A stretch of 61,711 nucleotides of DNA from an uncultured Pseudomonadota bacterium (lineage in GTDB: Bacteria > Desulfobacterota > Binatia > Binatales > Binataceae): assembly GCA_937889395.1 (NCBI GenBank), contig CALAOW010000083.1, positions 1 through 61,711 of the forward strand, given 5' to 3'. A program made the translations under genes and the position numbers. Shown one piece after another: positions 17,958 to 25,741 of this stretch (position 1 is its first letter; the number at the start of each line of letters is the position of its first letter). The notes under the pieces are model-generated. The model was not told the DNA's origin and ran no database searches. It saw only the letters and a list, made by a program, of their open reading frames with translations.

Positions 17958-19184
17958 ATGCCAAACAGAGAACGTGTGACAGTAGCCGGCGTCGGGATGA
18001 CGCGCTTCGGCAAGTATTCGGATCGCGGCGTCCGCTCGCTGGCCGAAGAAGCGGTGGGCGATGCCCTCAAGGACGCCGGCATCGCGCCGAAGGATATCGA
18101 GGCGGTTTTCTTTTCCAATGCGATTGCCGGATTGATCACCGGCCAGGAAATGATCCGTGGACAAGTTGCGCTTCGGAACACCGGAGTCCTTGGCGTCCCG
18201 CTGTTCAACGTCGAAAACGCGTGTGCGTCCGCGTCGTCCGCATTCCATCTCGCGTGGGTGGCGATTCAATCGGGACTTTACGACGTCACGCTGGCCGTCG
18301 GCGCGGAGAAGATGAGCCATCCCGATAAAGCTCTCACCTTCAGGGCGATCGGCACCGCCGTGGATCTGGATCAAATTCGCGAACTCCAGGCCCGGATGGC
18401 CTCCGCCGACAAGAAACCGGGAATCGAGGGTGGCGGCGAAAAGAAATCCTTCTTCATGGACATCTACGCGGCCTCGACGCGCGAATACATGAAGATCAGC
18501 GGGGCGACTGCGAGCACCTTTGCCGATATCGCGGTAAAGAGCCACGCCTTCGGCGCGATGAATCCCAAGGCGCAGTTCCGCGAACGCGTCACGCGCGAGC
18601 AGGTGCTGGCCGCGCGCGAGGTCTCTGCGCCGTTGACCGTAATGATGTGTTCGCCGATCGGCGACGGCGCCGCCGCGGCAGTGCTCATGTCGGAGAAGTA
18701 TGCGCGTCGAATGGGTATCGCGACGCCGGTCGAGGTGCGCGCGTCAGTAATCTTTTCAGGACGCGATCGCGCAGCCGACGAACCCACCGCGCTCGAGCGC
18801 GTGGCCAAGCGCGCTTACGAAGTCGCCGGCGTCGGGCCGTCGGACATCAACGTGCTCGAGGTCCACGACGCCGCAGCGCCGGCCGAACTCATCTCAATTG
18901 AGGAGCTCGGAATCTGCGGCAGGGGCGAGGGGCCCAAGTTCCTCGCGAGCGGCGCCATGGATCTCGGCGGAGCCCATGTCGTTAATACTAGCGGCGGACT
19001 GCTCTCGAAGGGCCATCCGATCGGCGCCACCGGGATCGCGCAGATCGTGGAAATCGTCGATCAGCTGCGCGGGCGATGCGATGCCCGCCAAGTGAATGGC
19101 GCGCGCGTAGGACTTACCGAAAACGGTGGCGGCTTTCTGGGACGCGATGCCGCGGCGATGTCGGTTCACATTTTCTCGAGGTAG
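17958..19184 (+). CDS. Thiolase, SCP-x / nonspecific lipid-transfer type
   Basis: VAGVGMTRFGK, active-site region NVENACASASSAFHLA, C-terminal NTSGGLLSKGHPIGATG. Confidence 0.85.
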   Translation: MPNRERVTVAGVGMTRFGKYSDRGVRSLAEEAVGDALKDAGIAPKDIEAVFFSNAIAGLITGQEMIRGQVALRNTGVLGVPLFNVENACASASSAFHLAWVAIQSGLYDVTLAVGAEKMSHPDKALTFRAIGTAVDLDQIRELQARMASADKKPGIEGGGEKKSFFMDIYAASTREYMKISGATASTFADIAVKSHAFGAMNPKAQFRERVTREQVLAAREVSAPLTVMMCSPIGDGAAAAVLMSEKYARRMGIATPVEVRASVIFSGRDRAADEPTALERVAKRAYEVAGVGPSDINVLEVHDAAAPAELISIEELGICGRGEGPKFLASGAMDLGGAHVVNTSGGLLSKGHPIGATGIAQIVEIVDQLRGRCDARQVNGARVGLTENGGGFLGRDAAAMSVHIFSR

Positions 19185-19292
19185 CACAAGCGCGATGGAA
19201 CACCAGAAGAGTCGATCGTTTCACCAGTTCACGGCGGTCGATCCTTCGATCCCAAGCGGCTCGTGGCGCAGGAATAACCTTCCAGAGTGGAG

Positions 19293-19634
19293 ATGATGAC
19301 CGAGCAGACGATCGAAGGGTACGAGTCAGTCAAGACGTGGCGGCGCGATCTAAGCGATCAGTGGGGCGGCGACCCGATTGCCGAAGAGCCCGAGAAGCTG
19401 CAAGCGCTCGCGCGATTCTGCGAATTCGTGGGCGAGGATCCCGATACGATTATCGGGCGATGCTTTCGGGTTCGGAAGTCAGATGGTGAGCGAGTAATCA
19501 GCGCAAAATGGCGCGCCCATTACGCCGGAAAGATTCGTGAGTTTCGCGAACACAACCCGGACCAGGAGTCACAACGCCTTGGCACCAATGTGCTGAGTTT
19601 TTTAATCCACAACGGTGTACTGATCCAGGTCTAG
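19293..19634 (+). CDS. Hypothetical protein
   Basis: ORF only, with codon usage similar to its neighbours and no motif I recognise. The start is GTG at 19287 or ATG at 19293. Confidence 0.4.
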   Translation: MMTEQTIEGYESVKTWRRDLSDQWGGDPIAEEPEKLQALARFCEFVGEDPDTIIGRCFRVRKSDGERVISAKWRAHYAGKIREFREHNPDQESQRLGTNVLSFLIHNGVLIQV

Positions 19635-19718
19635 GAGCATTCAGCTCAACGGACTCGGGGAATAGAGCAGGCGAAGACGCTTACTCAGCGAGCCGCACGC
19701 CAGCCCGTTCGATTCGCG

Positions 19719-20522
19719 TCAGTGCTTGAGCCAATCGACGATTTTCTGGAAACTCCCGACCGGATCTGTCACCTGAAATGCGTGTCCCGCGCCCGCAATC
19801 ATGTACAACTCGGCCTGCGGAATTCTGCTCTTGATCAGCTTGGCGTTCTCCGGCAGCACGAGCACGTCCTTGTCGCCGTGCACGATCAGCACCGGGCACT
19901 TGATCTGCGGCAGCCGATCGTAGGCGTTGAACTGCGCGACTCCCAACATCGCGCGGTCGGCTGTCTCCGGCGGCGTGGGGGGCATCATCTTCGCGCCCGC
20001 GACCATCATCGCTTTGATCTCCGGATGCGCGGCGGTGAACTCCGCCGGCATGAGCAGTGGCATCAGGATGTCGAAGCCCTTCTCGGGATCGGTCGCCATG
20101 ATCTTGCTCCCAGTGATCAGCTTATCGAGGATCTCCGGCGCCGCCATCTTCGTGGTTGGCCCTCCCGCCATCGTGCATCCAAGCACCACCTTGGCGACCT
20201 GCTCGGGATGCCTGAGCGTGAGCTCCTGCGCGATCATCCCGCCCATCGATACTCCGAACACTTTTGCTTTTGCGATTCCGAGCGCCCGCATCAGGTTGCT
20301 CGCGTCATCGGCCATGCCCTCGACGGTGTAGATACCCTCGGGCTTGTCGCTGAGTCCTGTTCCGCGATTGTCAAAATAGATGCACTTGAAACCGCTCAAG
20401 AACGGCAACGACGGAATCCACCCGGCGCCCGACATCCCAAATCCCATGATCAGCAGCAACGGCTCGCCGTCGCCGTAAGTTTCGTAGCTGAGGTTGATGT
20501 TACCGGCTTTGATTATTGGCAT
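19719..20522 (-). CDS. Alpha/beta-fold hydrolase
   Basis: LLLIMGFG oxyanion region, nucleophile elbow GVSMGG, C-terminal GAGHAF. Confidence 0.85.
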   Translation of the reverse strand: MPIIKAGNINLSYETYGDGEPLLLIMGFGMSGAGWIPSLPFLSGFKCIYFDNRGTGLSDKPEGIYTVEGMADDASNLMRALGIAKAKVFGVSMGGMIAQELTLRHPEQVAKVVLGCTMAGGPTTKMAAPEILDKLITGSKIMATDPEKGFDILMPLLMPAEFTAAHPEIKAMMVAGAKMMPPTPPETADRAMLGVAQFNAYDRLPQIKCPVLIVHGDKDVLVLPENAKLIKSRIPQAELYMIAGAGHAFQVTDPVGSFQKIVDWLKH

Positions 20523-20609
20523 CGCGAAAATTTACTCCCAGTGGAAAAATAAAAAATGGACGCGGCTCTTTTCCGAGCTGCGCCCGCCGCACGCAATTCT
20601 AAGTCTCCA

Positions 20610-21221
20610 TCAGGCGAGCTTCAAGATGCTCTCGGGATACTGCTCATTTGGATCGACGCCGGGTTCCATCGCGTACACGACCGACTTATCGACCACCAGC
20701 TGTCCGTCGTCGCCAACGTAGATCTTGAATCGATCCATCGGGCGCGGCGCCGGCCCTTCGAAGTTGAGTCCGTTGATGTAATAGCCCGAGCCGTGGCACG
20801 GACATTTGAACTTCTGCTCGGTCTTCAACCATCGCGGCGTGCATCCCAGATGGGTGCATTTGGCGAAGACCGCGTAGAAACCCGCCTTGGTGCGAATGAT
20901 CCAGGTGCGGAAATCCTGCTTGTACTTCTCGCTCACTTCGCCAACCACGTAATCGTCCGGCAAGCCGGCCTTGAATTTCGATGGCGGCAGAAAGAGCACG
21001 CGCGGAAACGCCGAGCGAATCGCCGCGAGCAGGCCGATCAGCGAGAATGCACCGAACCCCGCCCATCCGAGCACGCCCAGAAAATCGTGCCGGCTCCACA
21101 ATGTGCCGAGCTCGGACTTTTCCTTGTCCCGCTTCGCCCGTTCTTTAGCCTGCTCGTCCTCGCGCCACTTCTTGAGTTCGGCGGGATCGGTCGGAGCCTT
21201 CTCTTTGAGTGCAATAGCCAT
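20610..21221 (-). CDS. Rieske [2Fe-2S] protein, membrane-anchored (QcrA/PetC-like)
   Basis: One N-terminal TM helix plus CTHLGCTPRW ... CPCHGSGY. Confidence 0.85.
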   Translation of the reverse strand: MAIALKEKAPTDPAELKKWREDEQAKERAKRDKEKSELGTLWSRHDFLGVLGWAGFGAFSLIGLLAAIRSAFPRVLFLPPSKFKAGLPDDYVVGEVSEKYKQDFRTWIIRTKAGFYAVFAKCTHLGCTPRWLKTEQKFKCPCHGSGYYINGLNFEGPAPRPMDRFKIYVGDDGQLVVDKSVVYAMEPGVDPNEQYPESILKLA

Positions 21222-21310
21222 CTAAGTGACGCTATCTCTCAGCTTGGGACAAGCCCGAACGCTCCACAAGATTGCGTCAATGACGATGTTTCACAGCGAG
21301 ACGCGAAAAT

Positions 21311-21784
21311 TCAGTGAAGCGCCGGCTGACTGGTCGAGGGCGCCACTGACGAGTGAAGCGCCGGCTGACTGGTCGGGGGCTCCACTGACGACGGTGCTGC
21401 CTGCTTAATCACGGTTGCATTCGTCGTGACCGGCGACCTGGTTGGAGACCAATCCTGCGGAGTCGTGGACAATGACGCCGCCTCCATCGTGTTGTCCGGA
21501 ATAATGGGAGCCGGCGGCGGCGGCGAGTTGTCATTGCCGCCCACCGGCCGGAAAATCGGCGCTGCCGGACTCTCAGTGGCGATGTAGTGCATCGGACGCG
21601 CCACCAGCCATTCGGCCGCGTACCCAATGGGATAGAACAGGTCGGCGATGATCGCGAGCGGCTGCGAATCCTCGTCGTGATATTCCTTGGGAGTCTGTAG
21701 ATCGGTGTCGTTGTACTGCGCGTGCGAAATTGTGGGCAGCACAACAAAAAGCGCGGCGCAGAAAATAATCGCAACTCGGCGCAT
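21311..21784 (-). CDS. Secreted hypothetical protein with a Pro/Ser/Thr-rich tail
   Basis: Signal peptide MRRVAIIFCAALFVVLPTISHA. The C-terminus carries a duplicated 13-aa unit (SSVEPPTSQPALH / SSVAPSTSQPALH). Confidence 0.6.
   Translation of the reverse strand: MRRVAIIFCAALFVVLPTISHAQYNDTDLQTPKEYHDEDSQPLAIIADLFYPIGYAAEWLVARPMHYIATESPAAPIFRPVGGNDNSPPPPAPIIPDNTMEAASLSTTPQDWSPTRSPVTTNATVIKQAAPSSVEPPTSQPALHSSVAPSTSQPALH
21313..21390. repeat. 2 x 39-bp tandem duplication at the 3' end of the 21311..21784 gene
   Basis: Units at 21313-21351 and 21352-21390 differ at 3 positions and are in frame (13 aa each). Confidence 0.9.
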
Positions 21785-21919
21785 GCCCTCAACTTTGCGT
21801 GATTGCCCGCCGTCGTGTCAACACGTCGCGATCGCTTGCCGCCGCGCCCGGCTGCAAGGTCGGTTCCCGCGCAGGATCGTTCTTGCCTTGGCGCCCCTGC
21901 CGGCGCAATTCTAAACGCG

Positions 21920-23275
21920 ATGACGACATCAGCGATGCGCTCCGTCCGTGCACGCTTGCGAATTCCCGCAGCCGCGGCCGTCCTGTTTCAATTCGCCCTC
22001 GCGACGATTGCCCATGGCGCGCCGCCGCCGGGTGCGATCACTTTTGTAGGAACTGATTCCAACATCTACTACTGCGATACCAAATGTTCGGAGCCGAAAT
22101 GCATCACGTGCAAGGCAGCCGCGATTAACGTCCGGCGCGACGACGCGCGCGAAGGTACGATTGTCCCGGTCGCCGACCCTGTCCCCCACGCGGCCCCCGC
22201 CATCGCTACTGCGTACGGATTGCCGACGTTCTCGCCCGACGGCAAGCGCCTGGCATATTCGTCCGAGACTCACAAGCAAGCTGACAATTCGTTCGCGGCA
22301 TGGGTTTACGATCTCGCGCGCAGCCAGCCGACGAAAATCTTTGAGAGCCGCGCCGAGCGCATCCTGTACCTGGCCTGGCTGCCCGACGCGCAGCATCTTT
22401 CATTTCTGCTCGGTGAGCCGCGCGGACTCAGCCTGGTGTTGGCCGAGGTCAAGGAATCGACTCCGGTCAGAATCGTCACCACCGGGATGCCTCTGTACTT
22501 CGATTGGGGCGCGCGGCCCGGCGAGGTTGCGTTGCATACGCTCGCCCTCGACTCGGATCGCACCGAACAGGTTTCGCTGATGAGCCTGACGCCCACCAGC
22601 CAGAGCATCGTCAAGGTGCTCTCGAGCGGACGCACGCCGTTCAAGACTCCCGCCTGGTCGCCTGACGGCAAGCATCTCGCCTACATCGCCAACTACCACG
22701 CCGAATCGAACATCGTGGTGGCCGACGCCGACGCCGGTCATCCGCGCTCCGTCGTTAGTTTGCCGGTCGGCGAGAACAGTTTCGTGTGGGCGCCTGACTC
22801 GGCGCATCTGGCCTACTCGACGGCGATCATGCCACGGAATCCCACCTATCACGGCATCAAGCTGGTCGATGTCGCCAGCGCGAATTCGAAATGGTTGACC
22901 CACAACGACGTCGCCGCATTCTTCTTCGCGCCCGACTCGCGGCATGTCGCGTACATCGGCGTCCCCGAAGAGAAACCGTACTACACCTGGTCGGTCGTCG
23001 ACGTTAAGACCGGCGCCGAAAAAGCGCTCGGCAACTTTCTCGCGACGCCCGACGAAGCGACCGCCTACCGTTACTTCGACCAACTCGCCACATCGCACAC
23101 CATCTGGTCGCCCGATTCATCGTCATTCATTTACGCGGGCGTACGATTGACGGGATCGCCGGGGCAGGCGCTGGGATTTGCGCCGCCGCCGATGGCGTAT
23201 ATTGTGCCCATCGACGGCAGCGAGCCCCGCGGCATCTCAAACGCGGTTCTCGCCTTCTTTTCCCCGGCCAGGTAG
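21920..23275 (+). CDS. TolB-like / PD40 (WD40-like) beta-propeller repeat protein, secreted
   Basis: ATG at 21920 gives a signal peptide (MTTSAMRSVRARLRIPAAAAVLFQFALATIAHG). Repeated FSPDGKRLAYS, WSPDGKHLAYI, WAPDSAHLAYS, FAPDSRHVAYI and WSPDSSSFIY motifs. Confidence 0.75.
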   Translation: MTTSAMRSVRARLRIPAAAAVLFQFALATIAHGAPPPGAITFVGTDSNIYYCDTKCSEPKCITCKAAAINVRRDDAREGTIVPVADPVPHAAPAIATAYGLPTFSPDGKRLAYSSETHKQADNSFAAWVYDLARSQPTKIFESRAERILYLAWLPDAQHLSFLLGEPRGLSLVLAEVKESTPVRIVTTGMPLYFDWGARPGEVALHTLALDSDRTEQVSLMSLTPTSQSIVKVLSSGRTPFKTPAWSPDGKHLAYIANYHAESNIVVADADAGHPRSVVSLPVGENSFVWAPDSAHLAYSTAIMPRNPTYHGIKLVDVASANSKWLTHNDVAAFFFAPDSRHVAYIGVPEEKPYYTWSVVDVKTGAEKALGNFLATPDEATAYRYFDQLATSHTIWSPDSSSFIYAGVRLTGSPGQALGFAPPPMAYIVPIDGSEPRGISNAVLAFFSPAR

Positions 23276-23280
23276 CGCGT

Positions 23281-24462
23281 CTATTCCTTGCGGCACACGT
23301 AAATCGCCGCCGGCCTGCCGAGCACCGACACGCGGATAATCCTGCTCGGTGCGATCTTGCGGATGCGCTCGAGCTCGCGCATCAGCCGCCACTCCGCCGT
23401 CAGCATCACCATCACGCCGCCGCTCTTGAGCACGCGCGTGAACTCCCTGAACCACCGCGGATAGAGTTTTCGATTCTCGCCGTGCGATCCATAGCGCAAT
23501 CCCCACGGCAGGTTGGTGACGATTTTATTTACGCTCGCGTCGCCGAGCGGGATTGCGCCCGCGTCCCAGTTCTCGAGCTGGATTGGCTTGTAACGCGCGC
23601 CGACATTGATCCGCGCCGCCGCCAGCGCCGCATGATCGCGATCGCTGCCTATCAGCATCGCGTAGCGCCCCAGATGCGCCCGCTCGATCAGAATCGTTCC
23701 CGCGCCGCAAAATGGATCGAGCACGACGTCGTCCTCGCGCGGCTCCGACAACCATCCCAACGCCGCCGCACTCGACGCGCGCAGCGAGGCGGGGCGATGC
23801 GCCGCCTTGTACTCGCGATGCCGCATCCTGTCGTCGCTGAGCCGCACCGTCAGAAAAAACTCCGCGTCGATCATGGTCGCCCAGAACTCGACGTCCGCAT
23901 CCTCTTCTTCCAGCCGCCAGGTGTGATCGCCCCGCTCGAGAATCCCGCGCTCGACCGCGCGTTGAAAATCGACGCGCCGAAATTCGTGCTCGCCCGCCAT
24001 CCTGGCGATCACGCGGAACTTGAGCCTGCGGCCCGCGCGCGTCCCCGGCGAGACCTTGACCCGCGCCGCCAGCGCGGCCTCGACCAGCGGCGCTTCACGC
24101 GCCGCGCCGCGAATCTTGTCCAGCGCCGCGCTCTCGGGCCCAACGCCGGCCCGGTAGCCGGCCAGCCCGAACAGGTCCTCAGCCGTCCGGATCACGCCCA
24201 GCTTCTCTGCCGCCGGCGCGAAAAAAATCGTCATCCCGGCGCGATCCGGCACCACGCGCCGCGCGATCTCGCGGGCGCCCCGGATTCGTCCTGCTATTTC
24301 CTCAGCCGCGATCCCCTCGAATCCCGGCTGCGTATGCGCGATGTAGAGATTCGGCCCGAATCGTATCGGATGCGGCTGTGCGCGCTCCGGCGCAGCCTTG
24401 CGATTCAGCCCAGCCTTGCGATCGCGCCCCGCATGTCGATCCGTCTGGCGCGCGCTAATCAA
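23281..24462 (-). CDS. THUMP-domain class I SAM-dependent RNA methyltransferase (RlmL/Trm14-like)
   Basis: Motif I DPFCGAGTILIE, motif IV TNLPWG, and an N-terminal THUMP-like region. Lies 15 nt downstream of efp on the same strand. Confidence 0.75.
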   Translation of the reverse strand: MISARQTDRHAGRDRKAGLNRKAAPERAQPHPIRFGPNLYIAHTQPGFEGIAAEEIAGRIRGAREIARRVVPDRAGMTIFFAPAAEKLGVIRTAEDLFGLAGYRAGVGPESAALDKIRGAAREAPLVEAALAARVKVSPGTRAGRRLKFRVIARMAGEHEFRRVDFQRAVERGILERGDHTWRLEEEDADVEFWATMIDAEFFLTVRLSDDRMRHREYKAAHRPASLRASSAAALGWLSEPREDDVVLDPFCGAGTILIERAHLGRYAMLIGSDRDHAALAAARINVGARYKPIQLENWDAGAIPLGDASVNKIVTNLPWGLRYGSHGENRKLYPRWFREFTRVLKSGGVMVMLTAEWRLMRELERIRKIAPSRIIRVSVLGRPAAIYVCRKE

Positions 24463-24477
24463 CTATCGACTCGCGCG

Positions 24478-25041
24478 CTACTTCGAGCGTGACAGGTACT
24501 CGCCGGTTTCGGTGTTGATCGTGATCGTGTCGCCCTCGGCGACGAAATGCGGCACCTGGATCGTCATTCCGGTCTCGAGCGTCGCCGGCTTGAGCGTATT
24601 GCTCACGGCAGCCGTCTTCATTCCCGGATCGGTCCGGATCACCTTGAGCGCCACCGTTTTCGGAAGCCGGACGTTGAGCGGCGTCGTTTCATAAAACTCG
24701 ACTTCGACTTCGAGGTTCGGCGTCAGAAATCCCACCACGTCCTCGATCAGCTCCTTGGGAATCGTGATCTGCTCGTAGTTCTCGGTGTTCATGAAATGGA
24801 AATCGTCGCCGTCCTGGTAGAGGAACTGCATCTTGTTCTGGCTCAGGATGACCCGCTCGACGCGATCTTCCGACCGGAAACGGTTCTCGGTTTGCGATCC
24901 CGTCTTCACGTTGCGCAGCTTGGTCTGCACCATCCCGCGCCAGTTGCCCGGCGTGATGTGCGTGATCATCATGATCCGGTACAGGTCTTTGTTGTACTCG
25001 ACAATCATACCCGGGCGCAGTTGCGTCGCTTGAATCAGCAT
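24478..25041 (-). CDS. efp: Elongation factor P
   Basis: Full-length EF-P pattern (MLIQATQLRPGMIVEYNKDLYRI...KPATLETGMTIQVPHFV.EGD.I.INTETGEYLSR). Confidence 0.95.
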   Translation of the reverse strand: MLIQATQLRPGMIVEYNKDLYRIMMITHITPGNWRGMVQTKLRNVKTGSQTENRFRSEDRVERVILSQNKMQFLYQDGDDFHFMNTENYEQITIPKELIEDVVGFLTPNLEVEVEFYETTPLNVRLPKTVALKVIRTDPGMKTAAVSNTLKPATLETGMTIQVPHFVAEGDTITINTETGEYLSRSK

Positions 25042-25144
25042 TGTATGGACACTCTCGATAAAGAACGAAGGTTAAGAGAGTAATTCTACGCAAGCCCGCA
25101 GCGCGCGGCAAGTTTTTTGCGCGCCAATCTTGCGAGCGCGCCGC

Positions 25145-25176
25145 CACTGAAACACTAAAACACTAAAACACTAAGG
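25145..25176. repeat. 4 x 8-bp tandem repeat (CACTRAAA-like) in the efp upstream region
   Basis: cactgaaa cactaaaa cactaaaa cactaagg, about 105-135 nt upstream of the efp start on the opposite-strand coordinate. Confidence 0.9.
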
Positions 25177-25209
25177 ATATGGATCGATCGCGCGGCTTGA
25201 CCCGTGCGG

Positions 25210-25347
25210 CTACGGCGATTGCCGGTAGCGCTCTACCGTTTGCTTTATCTGACGCGAGAGCTTCAAGAATATATCGCCCTCGTCGTAGATGAAGAGCACG
25301 AGAGCGCCGCCGGCTCCGACAATCAAACCCAGGATAAATGCGCCCAT
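25210..25347 (-). CDS. Small (45 aa) single-TM membrane protein, hypothetical
   Basis: GGAGGAG RBS 6 nt before the ATG at 25347. MGAFILGLIVGAGGALVLFIY followed by a charged tail. The longer track ORF (to 25485) runs into repeat DNA. Confidence 0.5.
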   Translation of the reverse strand: MGAFILGLIVGAGGALVLFIYDEGDIFLKLSRQIKQTVERYRQSP

Positions 25348-25403
25348 ACTTTCGCTCCTCCGGATAACCCGGATTATATTCAAATCCACCCTCCGAAACC
25401 TAG

Positions 25404-25512
25404 CAGGGGTGCCCCCTGGCCCTGGCGACGGCAGCGCGGTATTAAGCCATTGGCAGGGGCCGCGCGCGACAACGGAGCGCGGCATTAATACCGGGTGCAG
25501 GGGTCACCCCTG
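25404..25512 (+). repeat. Repeat module A (about 110 bp, bounded by CAGGGGTnnCCCCTG hairpins), left copy
   Basis: Aligns in direct orientation with 28747-28855 (shared CCCTGGCCnTGGCGAC, GTATTAAGCCnTTGGCAGGGGCCGCGC, CAACGG, CAGGGGTCACCCCTG). Confidence 0.85.
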
Positions 25513-25525
25513 CCAGGAGTGCCCC

Positions 25526-25628
25526 CTGCACCCAGTGAAAAGATGCGGCCTGACGGCCTGTTAGAACAGGTTAAGGGGCAGACAGGTCGCTCTTTTTTTT
25601 GTGTCATTCTAGAGCGAAGCGAAGAATC
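25526..25628 (+). repeat. Repeat modules B (ctgcacccagtgaaaagatgcggcctgacggcctgttagaac) and C (T-run + gtgtcattctagagcgaagcgaagaatc), left copy
   Basis: The reverse complement of 28661-28749 matches these modules. Module C recurs at 28437, 28542, 28661(-), 59125(-) and 59182. Confidence 0.85.
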
Positions 25629-25741
25629 CCGGATTCTTGCCTCGCCCTGTATCGGGAGAGGCCGACGCGAGTCGGCGAGCGTCGGGTGAGGGACATCTGT
25701 GCGGCGCGATTGTCTGACGCGCCGCACAGGGTCACCCCTGC

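Noticed and set aside
21803-21919. Upstream extension of the PD40 protein ORF. The same issue arises for 5424..5537, 8465..8539, 8956..9030, 11260..11313, 16547..16585, 41509..41580 and 54222..54314.
   Set aside because: The extensions overlap upstream genes or lack an RBS. The internal starts give proper signal peptides or conserved N-termini and are preceded by Shine-Dalgarno-like sequences.
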